Assembly (NCBI GenBank): GCA_965200245.1
Contig: CBDATS010000008.1
Span: 160,001 to 224,000 of the forward strand
DNA length: 64,000 nucleotides
Source: a bacterium
GTDB lineage: Bacteria; UBA8248
Direction of reading: 5' to 3'
Shown here: one piece after another, positions 1 to 11,025 of the stretch
Layout of the letters: each line of letters begins with the position of its first letter
Numbering within the stretch: position 1 is the stretch's first letter
The notes under the pieces: model-generated
The model's input: only the letters and a program-made list of their open reading frames with translations
The model's database searches: none
Told to the model about the DNA's origin: nothing
Program-made: the position numbers and the translations under genes

Positions 1-176
1 ATTCCGAACGCAATGTACTCTGAAGTGCCGGGCGATATGGCGTCCGCCACATCCAGCACCACGACGGGAGGCGTATTTTGCGAAGCGACGGCATGGTAGA
101 GGGTCAGCACTATGCCGAGCACCACCAGGGAACTCAAAAACGCCAGATGAACTTTTCTTCGGAATATCCTGCGCAT
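1..176 (-). CDS. NfeD-family membrane-bound serine protease, 5' part (runs off the window)
   Basis: Manual translation from ATG 176: MRRIFRRKVHLAFLSSLVVLGIVLTLYHAVASQNTPPVVVLDVADAISPGTSEYIAFG; signal peptide followed by the V-V-x-x-x-x-I-x-P-x-x-x-x-YI pattern typical of long NfeD proteins. Confidence 0.6.
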   Translation of the reverse strand, partial: MRRIFRRKVHLAFLSSLVVLGIVLTLYHAVASQNTPPVVVLDVADAISPGTSEYIAFG

Positions 177-257
177 CTCGTCCCTCAAGAGCAGCGAGAT
201 TGTCCGCTACATTTTAACACAAACACGAGCCTCGTCATCAACCGTCGCAGGGGACCA

Positions 258-1595
258 TCAGGAATCGAGTTCGAGCAGCACCTCATCGACAATGCTCACG
301 GCCGTATCGAACTGAGCCTGTTCGACGATCAGGGGCGGCAAGAACGCCAGAACATTTGCATGGTGCCCTCCCGGATAGATGAGAAGCCCCTTCTTGAGCG
401 CCATGTCACTCGCCTTTTTCGCGACGCTCATGGGTTCTCGCGTCGTCCGGTCGGAAACGAGTTCGACCGCCACCATCAGTCCGCGCCCGCGCACCTCGCC
501 GACGATGGAATGTCGCTCGGAAAGTTCCTCAAGCCTTCTCAGGAAATACGCGCCCATGTCCCGGGAGCGCTCGGCGAGGTTCTCCTCCTCATACACCTCG
601 ATGGATGCAAGGCCCGCGGCGCATGCCATGACGTTTCCGGCATAGGTGCTGCTCTCGGTACCGGGATTCGAGGCGTCGGCTATCTCTTTTTTTGCGACGC
701 AAGCGGCGAGAGGAAGCCCACCCGAGATCGATTTCCCCATTACGACTAGGTCGGGTTCGATATCCTCATATTGGTAGGCGAACATCCGGCCCGTGCGGCA
801 AAACCCGCTCATCACCTCGTCGATGATGAGCAGCACCCCGTGACGGTCACAGGCTTCGCGAAGCGCCTTCAAAAATCCGAGGGGAGCTGGAATCATGCCT
901 CCGTTTCCCTGCACCGGCTCAATGATGACGGCAGCTACCTCGCCCCAGCCGCTCACCGGATTATCGAGAAACTCGTTGATGTAGCGAATCGTTCCCTCGG
1001 CGCACTGCTCTGGCCCGTCGCCGAAGGGGTTTCGGTATGGGTAGGGATAGGGGACGTGATGCACCCCCGGAACGAGTGTCCCCAACCCCTCTCTCTGGTT
1101 CTTTCTGCCCATCAGGGCCACTGCTCCCAAAGTTCTTCCGTGGAACGCGCCCGTAAAGGCGACGATCTCATCGCGCCCCGTTGCCCGGCGGGCCATTTTG
1201 AGAGCGATCTCGGCCGCTTCGCTGCCCGAGGAGCCGAGAATCATGCTCTTGGGTGTCACACCGGGATGGAGAGAGAGAACTTTATCGAAGAGTTCGTTCC
1301 GCACCCGGGAACCCAGCGACATAGCCTGGTGGACCTCTCCGGCCTGTTTCCGCAATGCCGAAACGACCTTGGGGTGACAATGCCCTGCGTTCAGGGAACC
1401 GAAGCCCGCGACGAAATCCAGAAACAAATTGCCATCGACATCCTTGATCACCGCCCCTTGCGCGCGCTCGACCACGACGGTATCAGGGCTCATCCCGAAG
1501 CTGAGGGCGGCGCGGCTCTCCGCCTTCCTGAGGCGCTCAAGCTCCTCTTGGGTTTTGGGGCCGGGGTGGGGAACCACGAATTTTGGCGCGTCCAA
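258..1595 (-). CDS. Class III PLP-dependent aminotransferase (4-aminobutyrate/acetylornithine aminotransferase family)
   Basis: 445 aa; DVDGNLFLDF, AFHGRT, IIEPVQGNGG, LIIDEVMSGFCRTG, PDLVVMGKSISGG motifs. Confidence 0.9.
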   Translation of the reverse strand: MDAPKFVVPHPGPKTQEELERLRKAESRAALSFGMSPDTVVVERAQGAVIKDVDGNLFLDFVAGFGSLNAGHCHPKVVSALRKQAGEVHQAMSLGSRVRNELFDKVLSLHPGVTPKSMILGSSGSEAAEIALKMARRATGRDEIVAFTGAFHGRTLGAVALMGRKNQREGLGTLVPGVHHVPYPYPYRNPFGDGPEQCAEGTIRYINEFLDNPVSGWGEVAAVIIEPVQGNGGMIPAPLGFLKALREACDRHGVLLIIDEVMSGFCRTGRMFAYQYEDIEPDLVVMGKSISGGLPLAACVAKKEIADASNPGTESSTYAGNVMACAAGLASIEVYEEENLAERSRDMGAYFLRRLEELSERHSIVGEVRGRGLMVAVELVSDRTTREPMSVAKKASDMALKKGLLIYPGGHHANVLAFLPPLIVEQAQFDTAVSIVDEVLLELDS

Positions 1596-1734
1596 TGAAA
1601 CCCCTCCTCGTTATTCGCCAGCATACATGCACATTCCGCAAGGCATGAAAGCCTGCGTGAAAATTCGCTATTGCACGTGTCTTTCATCGTTGAATGTTAT
1701 AAACTGAAGCGCAGTTGCAAACCACCCATACCCT

Positions 1735-3006
1735 ATGGACATTGAGGCCCCTGTGAACCGAGACTCTTCATCCCCAAAAATATATTATGGCTGGTATATC
1801 TTGGGCGGCTGTTTCTTCATGATGTTCCTGGGCCTGGCGACCAGAAATTCATTCGGTCTTTTCCTGAAGCCGATGATTGCGGATTTCAACATCAGCCGCG
1901 CCTCATTGTCCCTTCCCTTTTCTCTTTGCCTGATTCTCTACGGCGCGTCCCAGCCGTTGGGCGGACTCATGATGCGCCGCTGGGACCCGAAAACGGTCAT
2001 CATCTGGGGCTCGGCGCTTACGACCATCGCCATGTTGGGAATCTACCAAGTCGACTCCCTGTGGGGCGTGTATTTGTTCTTCGGTATCCTGTTGGGGATG
2101 GGAGGAATCGGCAACAGTGTGACGGCCTTCACCCCTTTGGTGTCAAACTGGTTCCCGGACAGGCGGGGGCTGGGCATGTCCATCATCAGCGCGGGCTCAA
2201 GCATGGGTCAGCTCATACTGCTTCCTGTTTTCGCGTATATGATCGGCTTTTTGGACTGGAGGATGACTTCGCTCGTCATTGGCATCATTTTCGTGTTCAC
2301 CCTGATGCCCATTTCGATCTTCCTCGTCAAGAACTCTCCCTCGTCCAGGGACGTTCCCCCAGGTGCGCCCACATCCGGTAACGGTGTAAAGATGGTCGTT
2401 CCCTACGATTTGCACTGGGTGCAGTGCCTTCACAAGATGCCATTCGTCCTCTTGCTTACGAGCTTTTTCACCTGCGGTTTCACCGTTACGGTCGTCTCCG
2501 TCCACTGGGTACCGTTTGCGACCGATGTTGGATTTTCTGCAGCCGTCGCTGCAACGTCCTTCGCCCTGGGTGGCGGACTCAACACCGTGGGCGTTCTGGC
2601 TGTCGGTCCACTATCTGACAAAATCGGCAGGAAAGTGCCCTTGAGCCTGATCTACGCTTTCCGGGGTCTCGGATTCGTCCTGTTCATTTTCTTCAAGAAC
2701 GATTTCACCGTCTGGGCAACGCCGATGATCATCGGCCTCTCCTGGATTGCGACCGTCCCGCTCACTTCGGCGTTGACGGGAGATTTCTTCGGATCGAGGA
2801 ACGTGGCGATTCTCTTCGGGCTCATCACGTTCAGCCACCAACTCGGCTCGGGCCTGAGCGCCTGGCTGAGCGGATACATCTATGACGTCACAGGAAGCTA
2901 CAACCTCGCGTTCGCGCTGGCGGCCTATCTCTGTGTCCAGGCGGCCGTGATAGTCGCTTTCATCAACGAAAAAGAGGTCCGCGTCCCGCAAGTAGCCACA
3001 ACGTAA
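1735..3006 (+). CDS. MFS transporter (OFA/MCT-like)
   Basis: 423 aa, ~12 hydrophobic segments, YYGW N-terminus, WFPDRRGLGMSI and GPLSDKIGRK motifs. Confidence 0.9.
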   Translation: MDIEAPVNRDSSSPKIYYGWYILGGCFFMMFLGLATRNSFGLFLKPMIADFNISRASLSLPFSLCLILYGASQPLGGLMMRRWDPKTVIIWGSALTTIAMLGIYQVDSLWGVYLFFGILLGMGGIGNSVTAFTPLVSNWFPDRRGLGMSIISAGSSMGQLILLPVFAYMIGFLDWRMTSLVIGIIFVFTLMPISIFLVKNSPSSRDVPPGAPTSGNGVKMVVPYDLHWVQCLHKMPFVLLLTSFFTCGFTVTVVSVHWVPFATDVGFSAAVAATSFALGGGLNTVGVLAVGPLSDKIGRKVPLSLIYAFRGLGFVLFIFFKNDFTVWATPMIIGLSWIATVPLTSALTGDFFGSRNVAILFGLITFSHQLGSGLSAWLSGYIYDVTGSYNLAFALAAYLCVQAAVIVAFINEKEVRVPQVATT

Positions 3007-3137
3007 TGCGAAATGAACGAAACTAGAATTCTGCACACCGTGACGTAAACGTGCGAATTTGCCACCAGGGGAAGCCCCTGCATCAATCATTTTCTTTTGG
3101 ACGGGGCAGGGCTTCGCCTTTTGCTTTGAGTGAAAAG

Positions 3138-4481
3138 ATGGACTGCAACTGCTGGTTTCAATGCATCAACCCCGATTGCGGGGCGACGTACTCTATTTTT
3201 GACTCCGTGTATCAGTGCCGCGGATGCGGGAGCCTCCTTGACGTCACACACGACCTGGAAACTCTGCGCATGCGAAGCGCATCGGAATGGCGCCATCTGT
3301 TCGACGATCGTTACCAGCGCAACACCTGGCCCTACGGCAGCGGCGTATGGGGCAAGAAAGAGTGGGTTTGCCCCCTGATTGACGATGAAAACATAATCTC
3401 GTTCTATGAAGGGGGGACGAACCTCTTCTGGGCGAATCGTCTGGGGCGCGAACTCGGAATCGGCGAATTGTGGATCAAGCAATGCGGAAACAGCCACACG
3501 GGTTCCTTCAAGGACCTCGGAATGACGGTGCTCGTATCCGCCGCCCAGCAGATGATAACCGACGGAAAAAAAATCCGCGCTGTTGCCTGCGCGTCGACTG
3601 GCGATACCTCCGCCGCCTTGGCCGCCTACGCTGCGGCAGCTGATATTCCCGCTATCGTTTTTTTGCCACGCGAGAAAGTATCCGTCGCGCAGTTGATTCA
3701 GCCCATCACGAACGGCGCCATGGTGCTTGCCATCGACACGGATTTCGACGGCTGCATGCGCATAGTGCGGCAGGTGTGCGAGGAGCAGGGGATATACCTC
3801 GCTAACAGCATGAATTCGCTCCGCATCGAAGGCCAGAAAACCATCAGCATCGAACTCGTCCAGCAGTTCGACTGGGAGGTTCCTGAACTCATCATCATCC
3901 CCGGCGGCAACCTGGGAAACGTGAGTGCTCTGGGCAAGGGTTTCTTGCAGATGCGTGATTTGGGGCTAATAGACAAGATGCCCCGCATCGGTTGCGCACA
4001 GACTGAAAAGGCCAATCCCCTCTACAGGAGTTTCATGACTGGGTTCCGGGAGTTCTGTCCCGTAGATGCCGAGCCGACGCTGGCGACGGCCATCCAAATC
4101 GGGAATCCTGTGAGTATCAAAAAAGCCGTCCGGACGCTGAAGGCGTTCGAGGGCTCCGTAGAGCAGGCGAGCGAGGAGGAATTGGCGAACGCCGCCGCGC
4201 GCGCGGACAGAACCGGGATGTACAACTGTCCCCAGACCGGGGTGGCACTGGCTGCTCTTGAAAAAATCATCAAGCGCGGGGAGGTAAACCCTAAAGATCG
4301 GGTAGTGGTCATCTCTACGGCGCATGGACTGAAATTCACCGAATTCAAGGTCAATTACCATCAAAAAGCGATTCCGGGCGTCGACAGCCGCTTCGCCAAT
4401 ACTCCCATCGAGCTTCCCGAAGACATCGACATAGTTCGAGACGCCATCGAAAAGAGACTCGGCGCATTTTCTGCGAGCTAG
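3138..4481 (+). CDS. thrC: Threonine synthase
   Basis: N-terminal Cys zinc-ribbon, [10 protein letters not shown] (PLP lysine), [22 protein letters not shown]; start placed at ATG 3138. Confidence 0.92.
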   Translation: MDCNCWFQCINPDCGATYSIFDSVYQCRGCGSLLDVTHDLETLRMRSASEWRHLFDDRYQRNTWPYGSGVWGKKEWVCPLIDDENIISFYEGGTNLFWANRLGRELGIGELWIKQCGNSHTGSFKDLGMTVLVSAAQQMITDGKKIRAVACASTGDTSAALAAYAAAADIPAIVFLPREKVSVAQLIQPITNGAMVLAIDTDFDGCMRIVRQVCEEQGIYLANSMNSLRIEGQKTISIELVQQFDWEVPELIIIPGGNLGNVSALGKGFLQMRDLGLIDKMPRIGCAQTEKANPLYRSFMTGFREFCPVDAEPTLATAIQIGNPVSIKKAVRTLKAFEGSVEQASEEELANAAARADRTGMYNCPQTGVALAALEKIIKRGEVNPKDRVVVISTAHGLKFTEFKVNYHQKAIPGVDSRFANTPIELPEDIDIVRDAIEKRLGAFSAS

Positions 4482-4514
4482 CGTCCTTTCGGTTTTCATC
4501 GTAACGCTGAGCCG

Positions 4515-5690
4515 ATGAAACAGGAGTTGAGTGCATTGTCGAAAAACATGAGAAGAGATGATCGAAATCAGGCGAAACAGTCACTCTCGCCACCTATCTT
4601 CCAGACAGCGACGTTCACCTTCGATGGCTCCGAGGATCTGGAAGCCTTCCACAGCGGCGAGACGGACGCGTTTTTCTATACGCGATACGCTAATCCGACG
4701 AACGAAGCCGCCGAACGCAGACTCGCACTCATGGAAGGCGCGGAAGCCTCCCTGTTGTACGCCAGCGGCATGGCGGCCGTCTCCTCGGTATTCCTCTCAC
4801 TGCTTGCGCCGAATGCGCGAATCGTCATCCCTCAGGAGAGCTACAGGCATACGAGGGACGTGGCAGAGGGTCTTCTCACCCGCTACGGAGTATGTGTCGA
4901 AAGTCCGGTGGAGAATACGGCGGAATCTCTGGAAGCACTTACAGAGGGACCGGTGCGCGTGTTGTTCGCAGAGATTCCCTCCAACCCCACGCTCCGCATA
5001 CCGGATATCGGGAAAATGGCGGAATGGGCCAGACAAAGAAAAGCCAGGTTCATCGTGGACTCGACCATCGCATCTCCAGCCTTGTTTCGCCCGCTGGAGC
5101 ATGGGGCCGATTTAGCGGTTCAAAGCGCGACGAAATACATCGGTGGCCACAACGATGTCGTGGCGGGAGCCGTGTCAGGCGGCATGGTCATTATCGACGC
5201 GCTACGCGAGCAACAGGCATTGCTAGGTTCCATTCTCGGGCCGCAGGAGGCGTTCCTCGTAGAACGGGGACTCAAGACACTCGAATTGCGCGTCCGCCGC
5301 AGTAGCAACACGGCGCTCAAACTGGCCAAATATCTCGCGGGTCACCCTAGGGTCTCCCGCGTTCATTACCCCGGCCTGGAGTCACACCCGGATCATCTCA
5401 GAGCCGCAAAGTATATGTCCGCGTTCGGTGGATTGGTTAGTTTCGAACTCTGCGGCGACCCCGAGAAAGCTGACGAGTTGGTAGACTCCCTTCAGATTCC
5501 TGTGCTCGCTCCCGGCTTTGGTGGCACGGAGAGCCAGGTGGAGCACCATGTGAAGATGGCGTATGCGGACATCGGCATGCAAGGCGCGGAAAACCGGGGC
5601 GTTCCCGCCGGGCTGATTCGGTATTCGGTGGGGCTTGAGGATTTTGAGGTGTTAAGAGACGACCTCGAAGAGGGCCTCAAAAAACTATAG
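4515..5690 (+). CDS. Cys/Met metabolism PLP enzyme (cystathionine gamma-synthase / methionine gamma-lyase family)
   Basis: PPIFQTATF, YTRYANPT, ASGMAAV, SATKYIGGHND, LIRYSVGLED. Confidence 0.88.
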   Translation: MKQELSALSKNMRRDDRNQAKQSLSPPIFQTATFTFDGSEDLEAFHSGETDAFFYTRYANPTNEAAERRLALMEGAEASLLYASGMAAVSSVFLSLLAPNARIVIPQESYRHTRDVAEGLLTRYGVCVESPVENTAESLEALTEGPVRVLFAEIPSNPTLRIPDIGKMAEWARQRKARFIVDSTIASPALFRPLEHGADLAVQSATKYIGGHNDVVAGAVSGGMVIIDALREQQALLGSILGPQEAFLVERGLKTLELRVRRSSNTALKLAKYLAGHPRVSRVHYPGLESHPDHLRAAKYMSAFGGLVSFELCGDPEKADELVDSLQIPVLAPGFGGTESQVEHHVKMAYADIGMQGAENRGVPAGLIRYSVGLEDFEVLRDDLEEGLKKL

Positions 5691-5692
5691 AG

Positions 5693-6325
5693 TCAACTTT
5701 TACCGCCCTCTGCGTGCTTCGGGGCCTGCTTCGTAAGCCAGCGTGTGCGCACCCACATCTTCTTTCCAGCCCAGCGCCCCGATCTGACTACCACCTGGGT
5801 GAAACCACGCTGATCGCCGGAAATGACAGTTACACGTGTTCCGGGTTCCAGTCTGTAGGGATAGCGGGAGCCGCGCGGCACATCATATCCGCCCGCATAA
5901 CTCAGCGATAACCCCCGAAACGTACGGCGGACGTATCTAGCGTCCGCAAATGTTTCACTTTGCTGAACGGGTTTCACGGCAGATTCCTTTTTCTCCGCCG
6001 GCTTTGTAGAAACCACTGTCGCCTCGAATTTCCCCTTTACTTCCTTCACCGCTTTCTCAAGATTCGATACCGCGTCACGGAGTTGCAACTTGAACTCGTT
6101 CAATGATTTCCCATGGTTCGCCAGAATTTGCGTATGGGCGAGAAGCTGACCACGGATCGACTCGATTTCTTTTTTGTTTTGCTCTTTATCTTCCTGGTAA
6201 TCGGCTTGCGACACCACCAGACTGCATCCGGAGAGCGCGGCCATCAGGACGCAGATACACATCATGCGCCATACAACACGCTTTACACCCGGTGATTTGA
6301 TTTTCCGCTCACGCATGCAGTTCAT
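5693..6325 (-). CDS. Putative lipoprotein with coiled coil and C-terminal SH3-like domain
   Basis: Lipobox LSGC; helical coiled-coil segment; C-terminal LEPGTRVTV...KKMWVRTRWL resembles bacterial SH3; ATG 6325 overlaps the upstream stop (ATGA). Confidence 0.6.
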   Translation of the reverse strand: MNCMRERKIKSPGVKRVVWRMMCICVLMAALSGCSLVVSQADYQEDKEQNKKEIESIRGQLLAHTQILANHGKSLNEFKLQLRDAVSNLEKAVKEVKGKFEATVVSTKPAEKKESAVKPVQQSETFADARYVRRTFRGLSLSYAGGYDVPRGSRYPYRLEPGTRVTVISGDQRGFTQVVVRSGRWAGKKMWVRTRWLTKQAPKHAEGGKS

Positions 6326-7155
6326 ACTGGATACCATCCTTCGATAGGAGGCATTACGACCAACTCGCTGCTCAAATCGACGACTCCATCAAATTCACGT
6401 GCGGTGGATTCAGCCAATTCTTTTTCTTCATCGCTGTTAACACGCCCGTGCAAGAACAACTCTCCCGGTCCAAGACATTCTACGACGATGCCACTCGCAT
6501 CGATTCGTTCGTCCGTCATTATCGTCGTCTTGATCTTCTGTGCAAAGGCAAGGTTCTGGAGTCTTTGAGATTCTGATGGTCTGACTTGTGAAAATTTTTC
6601 GCTTTTCAGTATGTTTACGAGTAAACGCACTGACGTATCTTTGTCGAACAGTCCGGTATTCAATATGATATCGAAGTGGCTCGGTTCTCCCCACCTGACG
6701 TCGAAAAAATGCCGCGTATAGGCCATTCTTTCGTCGTCGTTGTGGCGTATGAACTGCTCCGCCATGGAAGGAGTAATCCCCTCGTTGCTCACCAGTGTCC
6801 GTTGGCGATAATCTCTGGGCGCCACGATGCGCGCCCGGAAAACTCCCTCGATTCCCTCCAGTAGGATGTGGGAGCCGCGGCCCAGAATGACAAAATCATT
6901 TTTCAGGGCCGATTCATATACGATGGCGCGCATGATATCGAGATAAACGAGTTGCCTGTCCCGGAAAAAGCGGTCGATCAGGCCGGGTTTTCTTTCGTCT
7001 ACCTGTTCGAGTTCGGCTCGAACGTAACCATACGTTTGCGCAGCGTCCGCAAATCCATCGTTGTCCAAAAGGGTCCATCCCAATTCATGAGCCACTTTCT
7101 TTCCTATGGCGTCACCACCGCTTCCAAGTTCTCTTGAAATAGTCAGAATACCCAT
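6322..7155 (-). CDS. Cytidylate kinase-like family protein with C-terminal BON domain
   Basis: ILTISRELGSGG, VILGRG, DIILNT; C-terminal IVVECLGPGELFLHGRV...GVVDLSSELVV is BON-like. Confidence 0.8.
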   Translation of the reverse strand: MGILTISRELGSGGDAIGKKVAHELGWTLLDNDGFADAAQTYGYVRAELEQVDERKPGLIDRFFRDRQLVYLDIMRAIVYESALKNDFVILGRGSHILLEGIEGVFRARIVAPRDYRQRTLVSNEGITPSMAEQFIRHNDDERMAYTRHFFDVRWGEPSHFDIILNTGLFDKDTSVRLLVNILKSEKFSQVRPSESQRLQNLAFAQKIKTTIMTDERIDASGIVVECLGPGELFLHGRVNSDEEKELAESTAREFDGVVDLSSELVVMPPIEGWYPV

Positions 7156-7338
7156 TCTCAGCCCTCCGAATCAAAAGTGACGATCAACACTGGAGCGGGT
7201 GGGCTACGTGCGCCATCTCTTCATATCAATTGTCAGCATAACCGCAAACAACACGTTTATCCATCGTTCGACAAGCCGCTTCGTTGCTCAATACCATCGA
7301 AACGCAACGGGTATCTACCTCAACATAATCGTTTTCGG

Positions 7339-9084
7339 TCATGACTTGCGATTCGCTCTCTTCAATTTTTCCAATTGCTGACGAAAATAGCGATTTCCGG
7401 GCTCCAATTCAATCGCTCTTTGAATGAGTGGAATCGCCTTCACCGTTTCTCCACTGCGAAAATACAGCTCCGCCAGTGTATCAAGATAGGCCGGCGTATC
7501 GGGCTGAAGCTCCAGCGAGCGTTTGGAGAGTTTGATGGCGTGAGCCAGGGCGTCTTTCTCCTTTCTGTGAAACCACGCCAAACGATTCATCGCCGGTGCC
7601 GAATCCTTGTCGATCTCGAGCACCTGCAGGAACACTTCTTTGGACTCTTTGGGTTTCTTGATTTCCCATAGAAAAACCCCAAGTTCCACCAAAATTCTCG
7701 ATGAGCGTGGATTCTCCTTCAGCAAGTCCAAGAGTATCCGATGCGCGGTTTCTTTCCGCCCTCTCGATTTGTGGAGATTCGCGATACGAATCTTCATCTC
7801 GATGTCGTTCGATTCCAGTTTCGCCGCTTTCTGGTATAGCGCGATCGCCTCTTTGTCGCGTTCCTTTGATTCATAGAGAGCGCCCAGGCGGATGTAGCCA
7901 TCCAGCCAATCGGGCGATAAAGAAACGACCTTTTGATAGGCGCGAATTGCTTCATCGTAGCGTTTCATTTCCACCAAAGCATCACCCAGCAAAAAATGGA
8001 ATCTTGCATTGTCCGGGGCTTTTTTGATGGCGTTTCGAAGCAGGTTCACCGCTTCTCCGGGTTCCTTGCCGGATATCAGCCGCTCCGCATCAATCAAAAT
8101 CCGGGCAGGCTCCAGAGCCTGTTTCTGAGTTCCGCTCGATTTAGGTCGAACTACATGGACACGCGATTCGACAAGCCGAAGCCGTCTTTTCAAAATCATA
8201 TCTTCTGGTTCGCGTAAATAGGCATCCTTGTAAGTTTCCAGCGCTTTTACAAATTGCTCGCTGCGAACATATAAATCGCCCAAAAGAATCATGGCTTCTA
8301 TGTGACCCGGTGTGCGTTGGAGCAAAGATTGTATTTCGCGAATGGCTTCCTGGGATCGATTTTGCTTGGCAAGAACTTTCGACAACCGGTAGCGTGCGGT
8401 ATTCTGGCGGCTCCCCTCAAGCGTCACTGCCTTTTTCAGGCTTGCCGCGGCCCTTTCAAACTCTCCTTTGCTTTCGTGCCGGGCCGCTTCTGCGATATGC
8501 CATCTATGTTGTTCTTCGAACTTGAGATTCTGGTCTTCCGGTTCACCGATCTTCAACCATTCACTTACTCTCGCCTCCCAGATGCTGTCGAGGTGTTTCC
8601 ACACGTTGTGGAAATAATCCGGAGACTCACGGGAAATCGCTGTGGTAGCGATACCCACGGCCAGAAGCAGCACAAGCCCTACCGCAATCCCCATATTCTT
8701 TTTCGAAATCAGCGGCTTGGGCAAGGGTGTCGGCTCGATGCCAGACATCATTAAACTGCCGTCGAACTTCGCTTCCGGATCCACATGTAGTTTGGGTGCC
8801 ATCACGCTCCCTTTGTGAGAACATCCGGCTTTGAACTCCACACGATCATCCACACGTATGGAGCCTTTGGTGGAGCCGTGATTCACCAGTTCCCTGGTAT
8901 GAATATCGCCCTCGGCATTTCCCGTTTTTGCAACATCAAGGTGGCCGTCGCCATGTATTTCCCCTTTGAATTCTCCTTTCAGGATTAAATTTCCGCGAAA
9001 GAGCAGTGAGCCCTCAAGACACACATCCTCGCCTATGAAAGAGAGATTCGAGCCGGGAGCGGAATGGATGTTTCTATTTCGCAC
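7339..9084 (-). CDS. Bactofilin-domain membrane protein with periplasmic TPR repeats
   Basis: N-terminal SFIGEDVCLEGSLLFRGNLILKGEFKGEIHG...GSVMAPKLHVDPEAKFDG (bactofilin beta-helix pattern), one TM segment, many TPR-like repeats. Confidence 0.75.
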   Translation of the reverse strand: MRNRNIHSAPGSNLSFIGEDVCLEGSLLFRGNLILKGEFKGEIHGDGHLDVAKTGNAEGDIHTRELVNHGSTKGSIRVDDRVEFKAGCSHKGSVMAPKLHVDPEAKFDGSLMMSGIEPTPLPKPLISKKNMGIAVGLVLLLAVGIATTAISRESPDYFHNVWKHLDSIWEARVSEWLKIGEPEDQNLKFEEQHRWHIAEAARHESKGEFERAAASLKKAVTLEGSRQNTARYRLSKVLAKQNRSQEAIREIQSLLQRTPGHIEAMILLGDLYVRSEQFVKALETYKDAYLREPEDMILKRRLRLVESRVHVVRPKSSGTQKQALEPARILIDAERLISGKEPGEAVNLLRNAIKKAPDNARFHFLLGDALVEMKRYDEAIRAYQKVVSLSPDWLDGYIRLGALYESKERDKEAIALYQKAAKLESNDIEMKIRIANLHKSRGRKETAHRILLDLLKENPRSSRILVELGVFLWEIKKPKESKEVFLQVLEIDKDSAPAMNRLAWFHRKEKDALAHAIKLSKRSLELQPDTPAYLDTLAELYFRSGETVKAIPLIQRAIELEPGNRYFRQQLEKLKRANRKS

Positions 9085-9897
9085 GGGCGTTTCTCCATTG
9101 ATTAGCGAACTACGAAATTCCCACCTGCAATCCGGCCGTATTTTACCAAAATCCGGAAAAGATGCGCCAATTTATGTTTCGCCAAATCTAGGGTTTACAT
9201 TAACCGAGATTGAAATCTTAATCACCTGAGGCGAACACTTATAGGCTGCGCATTTGCCAAGGGCTTGTCCGCCTCTGTGAGGATCGCTGGCTGTACTAGG
9301 TTCCCAGTCAAGCCAGCGTGAGTCGGTTCGTAGAACCCTTCAAAATAACCGAGAATGATCTTCTTTTCGTTGGCTGGAATCTCAGTTTCTCGTTCTCATC
9401 GACCATCACAGTTTGATGAGTCCGACCAGTGGTCCTTGACGAGGAGCTACTGAATCGCTAGGCAAACGAGATGACATCTGTCGCATAGTTCGACCACCTT
9501 GTCCTGCCCGGTACTGTTTACAAGCCCGCCGAACCCGTCGTAATCGTCTGCCAAGCCTGTCCCCCGCGCCGGGCGGCGGAACTGCCAGCGAGGCTGCCAG
9601 AACGAACCCCTGCCGAACTTCACCTCATCAGTGGATTTGATTCTAGATGCAGTATATTGAGTTGTTCATATGGCTTTTCAAATTCCACGCGATGGCGAAT
9701 GGCTGGCCGACGCCCCAGTCGCTGGTAGCGCGTGCTCACATCTTGCAATGTCCCTCTTGAGGAAACGACAGTTTCAACTGCCAATGTTGCCACACGTCCC
9801 GGTGCGTCGCCCAAACTCACTCATGCGGCCGATTGATAGCAAATTACACCTCATAATATGATATGTTTGTCAGTCTATAAAATAGTAAACTGGAGAC

Positions 9898-10875
9898 ATG
9901 GAAATGGTTGATCAGGACTTGGGCAGACTCAATAAGGTCGATGATCTGCGCAAAGTCTGGAGCAACGAAGTCAATGATTTCACACCATGGCTTGCGCTTG
10001 AGGAAAACCTCTACATTCTCAGCGAAACTCTTGGGATCGAATTAGAACTGGAAGCGCAGGAAAAAGGCGTTGGCCAATTCCGTGCGGATATCCTATGCAA
10101 AGACACATCGGGTGCTTGGGTGCTGGTCGAGAATCAACTCGAGCGGACAGATCATGGTCATCTGGGGCAGTTGTTGACCTACGCGTCGGGCTTGGAGGCG
10201 GTGACAGTCGTCTGGATCGCCGCTCATTTCACTGATGAGCACCGCTCGACGCTCGATTGGCTGAACAAGATCACCGATGAAAGCTATCGGTTCTTCGGTC
10301 TGGAGGTAGAATTGTGGCAGATTGACGACTCGCCCATGGCACCCAAGTTCAACGTCGTCTCCACGCCGAATGACTGGTCACGTTCATTTGGACGGGCAGC
10401 ACGTGCGGTGGATGAATCAAATTTGTCTGCTAAAAAACTGATTCAACTCAACTACTGAGCAGCCTTCCACTCGGTGCTGGACAAAGTAGACGGCTTTGTA
10501 TTGGGAAACAAAAAGCCATTGCCGCAATCATGGATGCACTATCCGATCGGGAAGACCTATTTCAATCTTCGCGCGACCATGACCCCTTCCCAAAAACGAA
10601 TTCGCTCAGAACTCTACATACGTGGGCCGAACGCAAAGAATCACTTCCAACTTCTGATTGAGCAACGGGACGCTATTGAGCAGGAACTCGGATATTCGCT
10701 TGAATGGAACGAACTGTCTGACGGTAAAGACAGCCGGATTACGGTCTATCAGAACGATGTCGACCCCGAAGATGAAAAAACTTGGTCGTGCCAGCATGAG
10801 TGGTTGGCGACCAAGCTAAACGATATGCACCGGGTCTTCGCAAACCGCATCCAGAAGCTCAACTCCGAAAAATAG
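9898..10875 (+). pseudogene. DUF4268-domain protein (N-terminal endonuclease-like domain), interrupted by in-frame TGA
   Basis: ORFs 9898-10458 and 10474-10875 are in one frame; DFTPWL, ADILC, LVENQLERTDHGHLGQLLTYA; junction QLNY*AAF at 10456-10458 where Trp is expected. Confidence 0.75.
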
Positions 10876-11025
10876 AAACTCGATTAGGAATGATCCGCGC
10901 CGCGGTCCGCCTGAAATTTCCCGATCTCAGCCACCATCATGACACCGTTACCTGAGGCCGGCGCAGCAGGCATGCTCCTGAGTAAGCAAGAGAGGAGTGA
11001 AACCGGAAACTAATTTCCCGAAATT

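Noticed and set aside
9410-9450. Hammerhead-ribozyme-like TGATGAGTC...GACGA
   Set aside because: The core reads UUGAUGA rather than CUGAUGA, and GAGG replaces the required GAAA; no convincing stems I and III
10456-10458. TGA as selenocysteine or as evidence of a UGA=Trp genetic code
   Set aside because: The position corresponds to Trp, no SECIS is evident, and many intact genes here (pyrG, rph, tatA) end in TGA
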